The notes under the pieces were generated by a model that made no database searches, was not told the DNA's origin, and saw only the letters and a list, made by a program, of their open reading frames with translations. Positions 1 to 8,361 of a stretch of DNA of 64,000 bases are shown in pieces. The stretch lies in the NCBI GenBank assembly GCA_041572755.1, contig JBFFRY010000010.1, positions 2,269-66,268 of the forward strand, read 5' to 3'. Position 1 is the first letter of the stretch. Each line of letters opens with the position of its first letter. Source of the DNA: Acidimicrobiia bacterium. GTDB taxonomy: Bacteria; Actinomycetota; Acidimicrobiia; Spongiisociales; UBA11373. Made by a program: the position numbers and the translations under genes.

Positions 1-622
1 CCGCCTTCACTCCGTAGGCGTTGTTCCCGAAGAAGACCGAGTTGAGATAGAACTCGAGGATCTGCTCCTTGGTGTAGCGGCGCTCCAGCTCGATGGCGAT
101 GATCGCTTCGGCGACCTTGCGTTCCAACGTCGCCTCGGTGCCGATGAAGTTCTGCTTCACGACCTGCTGGGTGATCGTCGATCCGCCCTGGCTGGTGGCC
201 CCACCGCGGATGTTGGAGACGAGCGCCCGGGCGATCGCTTCGGTGTCGACACCGTTGTGTTCCATGAACTCGGCGTCCTCCGCTGAGAGCACCGCACCGA
301 CAACGAGGTTGGGGATCTCCTCGAGGGGGAGGGGCTGGCTGTTGCGTTCCGTCAGGAGCCCCAGCAGCACGCCGTCGGACGTGTAGACCTCGGAGAGCCG
401 GCCGATGTCGGGGAGATCGAGGGTCAAGGACTCCACGTTGGGGATCCACTCCTCCCGTAGATCCTCGATGGTGCCCCAGGCGCTGTTGCTGCCCAGAAAG
501 GCGAGCAGGCCGAACCAGCTGGCCCCGATGATGACCACCGCCCCCAGGACTGCCGCCGCGATGAAGCGGCGGCCCCGCCGGTCGAGCCGTTCGGCCTGGT
601 GGATCGATCCGTCCATCGTCAT
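1..622 (-). CDS. Class A penicillin-binding protein, N-terminal transglycosylase domain (runs off the window edge)
   Basis: Manual minus-strand translation from ATG 622 gives a TM helix, then GT51 motifs AEDAEFMEHNGVD, GGSTITQQVVK, RKVAE, YTKEQILEFYLN and FGNNAYGVKA. Confidence 0.9.
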   Translation of the reverse strand, partial: MTMDGSIHQAERLDRRGRRFIAAAVLGAVVIIGASWFGLLAFLGSNSAWGTIEDLREEWIPNVESLTLDLPDIGRLSEVYTSDGVLLGLLTERNSQPLPLEEIPNLVVGAVLSAEDAEFMEHNGVDTEAIARALVSNIRGGATSQGGSTITQQVVKQNFIGTEATLERKVAEAIIAIELERRYTKEQILEFYLNSVFFGNNAYGVKA

Positions 623-683
623 GTCTTCAGACGACCTCTGGGGCGGGATGGTTCCCCGGTAGGATTGCGCCCCCAGGGTACCG

Positions 684-2270
684 ATGAACGCCAATTCCGA
701 GGACCACCGGCGCACCACGAGCGGCACCGAGATTTCGGTGTCGTACGGCCCCTCGCCGGGCTGGGATCACGATCGCGATCTCGGCGAACCAGGTTCCTTC
801 CCCTTCACCCGTGGCCCCTATCCGACCATGTACCGGGGCCGGCTGTGGACGATGCGCCAATACGCCGGTTTCGGCACTGCGGAGGCCACCAATGAGCGTT
901 TCCGGGCATTGCTCGAAGCCGGGCAGACCGGGCTTTCGGTCGCTTTCGACCTGCCCACCCAGATGGGCCTCGACTCCGACGATCCGACGGCGGCGGGGGA
1001 GGTCGGCAAGGTGGGCGTGGCGGTCGACACCATCGACGACGTTCGGAGGCTCTTCGAGGGAATCCCGCTCGGCGAAGTCTCCACCTCGATGACCATCAAC
1101 GCCACCGCGGCCGTGCTCCTGCTCCTCTACCAGCTGGTCGCCGAAGAGCAGGGAGTCCCGGCGGCTTCGCTGCGGGGCACCGTGCAGAACGACATCCTCA
1201 AGGAGTACGCCGCCCGGGGCACCTACATCTACCCGCCCCGCCCTTCGATGCGGCTGGTCACCGATCTCTTCGCCTACTGCCGGGAGGAACTCCCCGCCTG
1301 GAACACCATCTCGATCAGCGGGTATCACGTTCGGGAGGCCGGTTCCACCGCCGCCGAGGAGGTGGCGATCACCATCAGCAACGGACTCGCCTATGTGACC
1401 GCCGCCACCGAGGCCGGGCTCGATGTCGACCAGTTCGGGCCCCGGCTCTCCTTCTTCTGGAACGCCCACAGCAACCTGCTGGAAGAGGTGGCCAAGTTCC
1501 GGGCGGCCCGACGGCTGTGGGCCCGGCTCATGCGAGACCGGATGGGGGCGGCATCCCCGGAGGCCCAGAAGATGCGGTTCCACAGCCAGACGGCGGGAAG
1601 CACACTCACCGCCCAGCAGCCGGAGAACAACCTGGTGCGGACGGCGCTTCAGGCGCTGGCGGCGGTGCTCGGCGGGACCCAGTCGCTGCACACCAACGCC
1701 TTCGACGAGGCACTCGGACTCCCCACCGAACACTCGGCGATGCTGGCGCTGCGGACCCAGCAGCTCATCGCCCACGAGACCGGGGTCGCCGACACCGTGG
1801 ACCCACTGGCCGGCGCGTACTACGTGGAGTCGCTCACCGACGCCGTTGAAGAGGCCGCTCTCAGGATCATCGAAGAGATCGATGCCGCCGGGGGGGCGGT
1901 GGCCGCCATCGAAGCCGGGCTGGTGCAACGGATGATCGCCGACTCGGCGTACCGGGAGGCGCAACGGATCGAATCGGGAGAGTCGGTCGTGGTCGGCGTC
2001 AACCGTTACTTGGGCGATGAAACGCAGGACATCCCGACCACCGAGATCGATCCCGAGGTGGAGCGCAGCCAGGTCGCGACCCTCGCCGCAGTGCGATCCC
2101 GGCGCGACTCGGCGGCGGTGGCCGCCGCCCTCGACGAGGTGCGCCGCGTCGCCGAGGGCGAGGGGAACCTGCTGTATCCGATGAAGATGGCGCTGCAGCG
2201 CCAAGCGACCCTTGGTGAGGTGTCGGGGGTCCTCGCCGACGTCTTCGGCCGCTACCGGCCCGGCGGCTGA
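684..2270 (+). CDS. Methylmalonyl-CoA mutase, substrate-binding large subunit (split type, no B12-binding domain)
   Basis: Motifs [39 protein letters not shown] and [12 protein letters not shown]. The Tyr and Arg specificity residues are of MCM type. Confidence 0.9.
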   Translation: MNANSEDHRRTTSGTEISVSYGPSPGWDHDRDLGEPGSFPFTRGPYPTMYRGRLWTMRQYAGFGTAEATNERFRALLEAGQTGLSVAFDLPTQMGLDSDDPTAAGEVGKVGVAVDTIDDVRRLFEGIPLGEVSTSMTINATAAVLLLLYQLVAEEQGVPAASLRGTVQNDILKEYAARGTYIYPPRPSMRLVTDLFAYCREELPAWNTISISGYHVREAGSTAAEEVAITISNGLAYVTAATEAGLDVDQFGPRLSFFWNAHSNLLEEVAKFRAARRLWARLMRDRMGAASPEAQKMRFHSQTAGSTLTAQQPENNLVRTALQALAAVLGGTQSLHTNAFDEALGLPTEHSAMLALRTQQLIAHETGVADTVDPLAGAYYVESLTDAVEEAALRIIEEIDAAGGAVAAIEAGLVQRMIADSAYREAQRIESGESVVVGVNRYLGDETQDIPTTEIDPEVERSQVATLAAVRSRRDSAAVAAALDEVRRVAEGEGNLLYPMKMALQRQATLGEVSGVLADVFGRYRPGG

Positions 2271-2288
2271 GCGGGTCGGCCTCCCTCG

Positions 2289-3134
2289 ATGGCCATCCTG
2301 CTCGCCGTCCTCTCGTCCGTTGCCTTCGGCGGCGCCGACTTCCTCGGCGGACTCACCTCGCGCCGGGCGCCGGCCGTCACCGTGGTGTTCACCGCGCACC
2401 TCGCCGGGTTGGCGGTCATGGCGGTGGCCACCCCGCTGTGGGGCGCCGAAGGCCCGCTCGGGGCGGCGGTGCTGTGGGGGGCCGGCGCCGGTGCCTCCGG
2501 GGCGATCGGGCTGGTGGCGCTGTACCACGCCCTGGCCACCACCCGGTTCTCGATCGCCGCGCCGGCGGCGGCACTGTTCGGGGCGATCCTGCCGGTGGGC
2601 TACGGGTTGATGATCGGCGACCGCCCGACGCTCCTCGCCTGGTTGGGGGTGGCCGTGGCGATTCCCTCGCTGCTCCTGATCACCGCGACCCGACGCGGCG
2701 AAGGAAGCGCCGTGCGCACCGATGCGAGGCGCGCCGTGTTCTGGGGGGCGCTGGCCGGGCTCGGTTTTGCCCTGTTCGGGATCTTCATCTCCCGTTCCAG
2801 CGTCGACGCCGGCCTGTGGCCGCTGGTGGGGGCCCGGGCCGCCTCGATCCCGGTGGTCGCCGCCCTGGCGCTCGGTCTGAGGCGGCCCCTCCTCGCCACC
2901 CCACCGGCGCTGGGTCTCGCCCTGGTAGTGGGGGCGGCCGACATGGGGGCCAACATCCTCTACCTGGCGGCATTGCACCGCGGGCTCATCTCCCTGGTGG
3001 TGGTGGTCGGTTCGCTGTATCCGGCCTTCACCGTGATGCTGGCGAGGATCGTGCTGAACGAGCGCCTCAGTCGCCGCCAGGGGCTCGGCCTGATGCTCGC
3101 CGGGGCCGGGATCGTGCTAATCGCCGTCGCATAG
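2289..3134 (+). CDS. DMT/EamA family transporter
   Basis: About 10 hydrophobic segments, N-terminal FGGADFLGG and C-terminal SLYPAFTVMLARIVLNERL. Confidence 0.85.
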   Translation: MAILLAVLSSVAFGGADFLGGLTSRRAPAVTVVFTAHLAGLAVMAVATPLWGAEGPLGAAVLWGAGAGASGAIGLVALYHALATTRFSIAAPAAALFGAILPVGYGLMIGDRPTLLAWLGVAVAIPSLLLITATRRGEGSAVRTDARRAVFWGALAGLGFALFGIFISRSSVDAGLWPLVGARAASIPVVAALALGLRRPLLATPPALGLALVVGAADMGANILYLAALHRGLISLVVVVGSLYPAFTVMLARIVLNERLSRRQGLGLMLAGAGIVLIAVA

Positions 3135-3178
3135 GGGGCGCCGATAGCATGACCGCACCCTCTCGGATGGAGGCCCGC

Positions 3179-5134
3179 ATGCACGGCTACACCGGCAAGG
3201 TGCTCCACGTCGACCTCAGCGCCGGCTCCCTCGAGGTGGAAGAGCCGCCCGAGGAGTTCTACCGCACCTACGTCGGCGGCAGCGCCATGGGGCTCTACTA
3301 CCTGTTGAAGCACACCTCGGCGGGCGCCGACCCGCTCGGCCCGGAGAACACCCTCACACTCGCCCTGTCGGCCACCACCGGCGCCCCGATCGCCGGGCAG
3401 AGCCGCTGCACCGCCGTGGCCAAGTCGCCGCTGACCGGAGGCGTCGGGGATGCCCAGGCCGGGGGCTTCTGGCCGGCCGAGCTCAAGTTCGCCGGGTACG
3501 ACGCCATCGTGATCCGCGGCGAGTCCCCGAAGCCCGTGTACCTGTGGATCCACCGGGGCGGATACGAGCTCCGCGATGCCGGCCACCTGTGGGGCATGAC
3601 CACCAAGGAGGTCGACGCCGCCCTCGCCTCCGAACTCGGCGACGACCGCATCCACGTGGCCCAGGTCGGTCCCGCCGGTGAGAAGCTGGTCCGCTTCGCC
3701 GCCATCATGAACATGGCCAATCGGGCCCACGGCCGCACCGGCCTCGGCGCCGTGATGGGCTCCAAGAAGCTCAAAGCGATCGTCGTGCGGGGCGGCAAGA
3801 AGAAGCTCGACATGGCCGATCCCGAGGGACTGCGGGCCCTCATGCAGGCCTCGCTGCAGCCGATCCGGAAGGACCGCAGCGTCACCGGTCTGGCGATGTA
3901 CGGGACGATCGACATCCTGGAGAGCCAGGACGCAGTCGGCGGGCTGCCCACCCGCAACTACACGAGCGGGACGATGCAGGGCCGGGCTCCCCAAATCGGG
4001 GGCGAGGCCCTCTTCAACGATTGGCTGCGCGGCGCCGCCCAAGGAACTCAGGCCAAGCGGGGTCGGGACACTTGCTACTCGTGTGCGGTGCGCTGCAAGC
4101 GGGTGGTGGAAGCCGAGTGGCAGGACAAGATGCTCGATCCCCGCTCGGGTGGGCCGGAGTACGAGACGGCTTCGGTCTTCGGGTCGTATTGCGACATCGA
4201 CGACCTGGGCGCCGTCGCCTACGCCAACCAGCTGTGCAATCAGTACGGCGTCGACACCATCTCGGCGGGGGCCACGATGGCCTTCGCCATCGAGTGCTAC
4301 GAGAAGGGCCTCATCGACGCCTCCGACACCGGGGGCATCGAGCTCGGCTGGGGCAAGGCCGAGGCCATGATCGCCATGCTGGAAGCCACGCTGCGCCGGG
4401 AAGGCCTTGGTGATCTGCTCGCCGAGGGGTCGGCTCGGGCCGCCGAGCAGATCGGCGGCGGGGCCGCCGATCTGGTGGTCACCGTCAAGTCGCAAGAGCT
4501 CCCGGCCCACATGCCGCAGGTGAAGCGGTCGCTGGGGCTCATCTATGCGGTGAACCCCTTCGGGGCCGATCATCAGTCCAGCGAGCACGATCCCAGCTAC
4601 GAACCGGAGACCATCGAGGCTTCTCCCCACAAGTACGGCAAGAGGATGCGCAGCCTGGGGTTGACCGACCCGCAGGAGGCGATGGTGCTCAACGCCGAGA
4701 AGGTCCGTTTCGCCCTGCGGACCCAGTACGCCTATTCGGCGCTCGACACCCTCGACATCTGCCAGTTCGTGTTCGGGCCCGCCTGGCAGCCCATGAGCAT
4801 GGAGCAGCTTGCCGAGGCGTACACCGCGGTCACCGGCTGGCACGTCACTCTCGACGATCTCCTGATGATCGGCGCCCGCCGTCTCAACTTGCTGCGGGCG
4901 TTCAACGCCCGCGAAGGCATCACCAGGGATCACGACACCCTCCCCAAGCGGCTCTTCGACGAGCCTCTGCAGGGCGGAATGAGCGACGGAGTGACCGTGG
5001 ATCGCGCCGAGTTCGAGGCGGCTCTCGACATGTACTACGACGAGGCCGGGTGGGACCCGGCAACCGGCAACCCACCTCGCGAGCGGCTCGAGGCTCTCGA
5101 AATCGGTTGGGTGGCGGACGCCATCGGAGTGTGA
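3179..5134 (+). CDS. aor: Tungsten-dependent aldehyde:ferredoxin oxidoreductase family protein (AOR 1)
   Basis: MHGYTGKVLHVDLS, KSPLTGG, AGGFWPAELKFAGYD, GRTGLGAVMGSKKLKAI; Fe-S Cys in CYSCAVRC and DICQF; GPEYET. GGAGG precedes ATG 3179. Confidence 0.92.
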   Translation: MHGYTGKVLHVDLSAGSLEVEEPPEEFYRTYVGGSAMGLYYLLKHTSAGADPLGPENTLTLALSATTGAPIAGQSRCTAVAKSPLTGGVGDAQAGGFWPAELKFAGYDAIVIRGESPKPVYLWIHRGGYELRDAGHLWGMTTKEVDAALASELGDDRIHVAQVGPAGEKLVRFAAIMNMANRAHGRTGLGAVMGSKKLKAIVVRGGKKKLDMADPEGLRALMQASLQPIRKDRSVTGLAMYGTIDILESQDAVGGLPTRNYTSGTMQGRAPQIGGEALFNDWLRGAAQGTQAKRGRDTCYSCAVRCKRVVEAEWQDKMLDPRSGGPEYETASVFGSYCDIDDLGAVAYANQLCNQYGVDTISAGATMAFAIECYEKGLIDASDTGGIELGWGKAEAMIAMLEATLRREGLGDLLAEGSARAAEQIGGGAADLVVTVKSQELPAHMPQVKRSLGLIYAVNPFGADHQSSEHDPSYEPETIEASPHKYGKRMRSLGLTDPQEAMVLNAEKVRFALRTQYAYSALDTLDICQFVFGPAWQPMSMEQLAEAYTAVTGWHVTLDDLLMIGARRLNLLRAFNAREGITRDHDTLPKRLFDEPLQGGMSDGVTVDRAEFEAALDMYYDEAGWDPATGNPPRERLEALEIGWVADAIGV

Positions 5135-5136
5135 GG

Positions 5137-5613
5137 ATGCGGAGATCGACCCTCGTCGTGGCGGCGCTGGCGCTGGCGGTAGCGGCCTGCGGTGACGACG
5201 GCGGGGGCACGGGCGGCGGGGGCACGGGCGGCGGCGGATCGGGTGGCGGCGAACGTCCGAGCGACGGTGTGATCCTCACCGTCTACGTCGCCGATGAGGT
5301 GGTCGCCACCTGGACCCTCGCCCAACTGGAGGGGGCGGTCCCCTTCGTCGAGGCCGACATCGACGGCGAAGCCCAGCGGGGGCCGGGCCTCCTCGGCGTG
5401 CTGGATGCGTCGGGGGTCACCGACTGGGAGCGGGCCGAGGTGCTCGGCAAGGGTGAAGGGCGCTCCTTCGACATCGGGATCGACATCGAGGCCTCCGAGG
5501 TGGACGAAGGCTGGATCCTCGACGTGACCAATCGGGGGACCCTCAAGCTGGCCGCCGAGGAGCTTCCCCGAGAGCAGTGGGTCCGGGACGCCAGTGAGAT
5601 CCGTATCCCCTGA
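5137..5613 (+). CDS. Lipoprotein with Gly-rich linker and probable molybdopterin-oxidoreductase (sulfite oxidase-like) Moco-binding fold
   Basis: Lipobox VAAC after a hydrophobic signal; (GGGTG)n linker; pattern WTLAQL...GPGLLGVLDASG...ILD...GTLKLA...WVRDASEIRI resembles the Oxidored_molyb-like fold (inference). Confidence 0.65.
   Translation: MRRSTLVVAALALAVAACGDDGGGTGGGGTGGGGSGGGERPSDGVILTVYVADEVVATWTLAQLEGAVPFVEADIDGEAQRGPGLLGVLDASGVTDWERAEVLGKGEGRSFDIGIDIEASEVDEGWILDVTNRGTLKLAAEELPREQWVRDASEIRIP
5200..5237 (+). repeat. 15-nt tandem repeat GGCGGGGGCACGGGC (2 full copies plus a partial) encoding the Gly/Thr linker
   Basis: Seen directly at 5200-5214 and 5215-5229. Confidence 0.8.
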
Positions 5614-6313
5614 TCTGATCGTCGCCATCGACGACACCGACATGCCGGGGACCCGGGGGACCGGGCGTCTGGCCCGCCTGATCGCCGAGGAGCTCTCCCC
5701 GGTGGGCCGGTCCCTCGGGGTCACCCGACATCAGCTGTTCGAAGGTCCCGGGGTTCCCAAGACCCACCGCAACTCCGCGGCCGCCATCGGAATCGCCACC
5801 AGTGCCTCTCCCCAGGCGATCCTGGAGGATGCGGCCGCCATCGTGTCTCGAGAGCACGCCCCCGGTTCGGATCCGGGGGTGGCGGTCCTCAGCGGTTCGC
5901 CGGCTCCGGAACTGGTGACGTTCGGGAGACGGACCCAGGAGGGCTTGGTCGATCGGGACGAAGCCCTGCGGGTCGCCGCCGCGAGTGGGATGCTCGTGCG
6001 GGGATTGGCCGGCACCGGGGACGGGATCATCGGGTCGGTGGCGGCGGCGGCGCTGCGGGCCGACGGCAGCGACGGTCGCTACGTCGGTCTCCGCGGGATT
6101 CGCAGCCTGACGGGCACGATGACCGCGGCCGAGATCCTGAGCCGCTCCGACATCACCGCCGTGGTCGATCTCGCCACCGGTGAGTCGGTGCCGGGCGACG
6201 GTAGGCTCGACACCGGCGACTGGATCCGCCCCCGCCTCGTCGGGGGCCGTCCGGTCCTGATGGCCCGCCGCGACCGAGGAGCTTGGGTGAATGCGGACGC
6301 TCGCCCCAGCTAG
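5594..6313 (+). CDS. TiaS N-terminal (Thr-Cyt kinase)-like protein, COG1571/DUF1743-like, without tRNA-binding domains
   Basis: Motifs AIDDTD..GTRGTG, TRHQL...VPKTHRNSA and GDGIIGSVAA parallel TiaS GIDDTD, KTRGNGA and GRGIIGALAA. Only 239 aa. Confidence 0.7.
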   Translation: MRSVSPDLIVAIDDTDMPGTRGTGRLARLIAEELSPVGRSLGVTRHQLFEGPGVPKTHRNSAAAIGIATSASPQAILEDAAAIVSREHAPGSDPGVAVLSGSPAPELVTFGRRTQEGLVDRDEALRVAAASGMLVRGLAGTGDGIIGSVAAAALRADGSDGRYVGLRGIRSLTGTMTAAEILSRSDITAVVDLATGESVPGDGRLDTGDWIRPRLVGGRPVLMARRDRGAWVNADARPS

Positions 6314-6857
6314 AGACACGGCAAAGACGACCCGGCCGCTTCCGGTCGACCTGGCCCTGGCGGTACTGGTCGGCCTGGTGGCGGCGCTCGCCAAGCGCCA
6401 CCTCGACTTCCACCTCGGCGTGCCCGGTCATGCCGGGGTCGGTTGGATCGCCGCGCTGGTGGCCGGTGTCCTCGTCAACCCCCGGCGGGGAATGGCGGTC
6501 ATCGCCGGGCTGTCGATGGCGATGTGGGGGGTGCCGGTCGGGCTGGGGCACACCCTCGGCTACAACGCCGTCCTCTACGGGACCGCCGCCGGTGTGCTGG
6601 AACTCTCGGCCCTGCTCCGGCTCCCGCTGACCCGATGGTGGGGAGCGATGGCCGCCGGGGCGGCGGTCCACATCGCCAAGTACGCCTTCGTGTTCGGGCG
6701 AGCCTGGGTGTCGGGGATCATCCGCAACTTCGAGATCTACGGGATTGCCGCCGCCCTTCGCAACCATCTGATCTTCGGGTTGGCCGGGGGCCTGGCCGGC
6801 TGGGCCCTGTACCGGGGCGGCGCGGCCCTCATCGCCTTCCGCCGCGGCCGCACCTGA
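6291..6857 (+). CDS. Integral membrane protein resembling an ECF transporter S component
   Basis: About 5-6 TM helices in 188 aa, with HLGVPGHAGVGW motif and C-terminal HLIFGLAGGLAGW. Confidence 0.6.
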   Translation: MRTLAPARDTAKTTRPLPVDLALAVLVGLVAALAKRHLDFHLGVPGHAGVGWIAALVAGVLVNPRRGMAVIAGLSMAMWGVPVGLGHTLGYNAVLYGTAAGVLELSALLRLPLTRWWGAMAAGAAVHIAKYAFVFGRAWVSGIIRNFEIYGIAAALRNHLIFGLAGGLAGWALYRGGAALIAFRRGRT

Positions 6858-6867
6858 GGGGATCGCA

Positions 6868-8361
6868 GTGGTGACGGTCCGACTCCCCGACATGCTCCGC
6901 AAGTACGCCGGCGGCGCCGAATCGATCGACGTGGTTGGGAGCACCGTCGCCGAGGCCCTCCGGACGCTGGTCGAGGCGCATCCCGATCTCGGTGAGCGCC
7001 TGTTCGACGACCGGGGCATGGTGCGGGGCCACCTGTCGGTCTTCGCCGACGACCGGTTGGTTCCCCGGGAAGCAGCCGAGGAGGAGGCGGCGGCCGATCT
7101 CATCCGCATCCTGGTGGCGGTGGCCGGGGGGTCCGACATCCGCATGCGGGGCTTTCGGGACCGGGCCACGGTGGACGAGGCCCGGTCGGCGGCGCTCGAG
7201 GGGGTGGCGCCGCTCCCCGCCGAGCCGGTCCCGGTCACCGAATGCGTCGGTCGGGTGCTCGCCGCCGACGTGGTGAGCGAAGTCGATGTTCCGCCGTTCC
7301 GGCGGGCCACGATGGACGGGTACGCGGTCCGGGCCGCCGACACCTTCGGGGCGACGGCGTACCACCCGCTTCCTCTGGCCGTGATCGGAGAGTCGATGCC
7401 CGGTCAAGCAGCGGAGGCCCGAGTCGAGGCGGGGCAGGCGGTGAGGATCATGACCGGGGCTCCCCTCCCCGGCGGCGCCGATGCGGTGCTGCGGGCCGAA
7501 GACGCCGACTCGGGGGAGGGGACCATTGGGGCTCGTGCCCCCGTGCCGGAGGGGCGCAACGTGGGTCGGGTCGGCGAGGACGTCGCCGCCGGCACCGTCG
7601 TGCTGGAAGCCGGTCGCCACCTGCTGCCGCAGGATGCCGGGTTGCTGGCCAGCATCGGCCACGAGCCGGTCGGCGTCCATCGCCGGCCCCGCGTGCGGGT
7701 GATCGTGTCCGGCAACGAGCTGCTCCCACCCGGGGAGCGGCCGCGGGGCTCGCGGATCGTCGACAGCAACTCCCCGATGCTGGCGGCGCTGGTGGAACGG
7801 GACGGCGGGACGGTGGAGAGCGTGCGGCGTCTCCCCGACGGCCGGGAGCCGATGCGGGAGGCCCTCGCCGAAGGGGGCGCCGAGGTGATCATCACCGCCG
7901 GGGCGGTCTCGGTGGGCCGGGAGGACTACACCCCGCTCCTCGTGGCCGAGCTCGGGGAACTCCTCATCCACGGGGTGACGATGCGGCCCTCGTCGCCGAC
8001 CGGGGTGGGCCGGATTGGGGACACCCCGGTGCTGCTGCTGCCCGGCAACCCGGTGTCGTGCCTGGTGGCCTACGACTTCTTCGCCGGTCCGGTGATCCGG
8101 GTGCTCGGCGGTCTCCCCGCCGGTTGGCCCTATCGAACGCAGATGCTGCCGCTCGCCACGCGACTCGTGTCCCAGATCGGGCGCACCGACTACGCCCGGG
8201 TGGTGGTGGAGGGCGAGACGATCCGGCCCCTGGCGGTCACCGGGGCCTCGGTGCTGTCGTCGGTGACCCGGGCCGACGGTTTCGTGGTGGTGCCGGCCGG
8301 GCTGGAGGGATACCCCGAAGGTGCCGTCGTCGAGGTCCATCTCTACGGAGCGCGGCCGTGA
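6868..8361 (+). CDS. moeA: MoaD/ThiS sulfur carrier fused in frame to molybdopterin molybdo/tungstotransferase MoeA
   Basis: First ~88 aa are ubiquitin-like (VTVRLP..LRKYAGG...TVAEAL...VAVAGG). MoeA motifs follow: PPFRRATMDGYAV, IMTGAPLP, SGNEL, DSNSPML, LPGNPVS. Confidence 0.88.
   Translation: MVTVRLPDMLRKYAGGAESIDVVGSTVAEALRTLVEAHPDLGERLFDDRGMVRGHLSVFADDRLVPREAAEEEAAADLIRILVAVAGGSDIRMRGFRDRATVDEARSAALEGVAPLPAEPVPVTECVGRVLAADVVSEVDVPPFRRATMDGYAVRAADTFGATAYHPLPLAVIGESMPGQAAEARVEAGQAVRIMTGAPLPGGADAVLRAEDADSGEGTIGARAPVPEGRNVGRVGEDVAAGTVVLEAGRHLLPQDAGLLASIGHEPVGVHRRPRVRVIVSGNELLPPGERPRGSRIVDSNSPMLAALVERDGGTVESVRRLPDGREPMREALAEGGAEVIITAGAVSVGREDYTPLLVAELGELLIHGVTMRPSSPTGVGRIGDTPVLLLPGNPVSCLVAYDFFAGPVIRVLGGLPAGWPYRTQMLPLATRLVSQIGRTDYARVVVEGETIRPLAVTGASVLSSVTRADGFVVVPAGLEGYPEGAVVEVHLYGARP

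Noticed and set aside
3135-3178. Moco/Wco riboswitch upstream of aor
   Set aside because: Only 44 bp of intergenic sequence, too short and with no recognisable structure.
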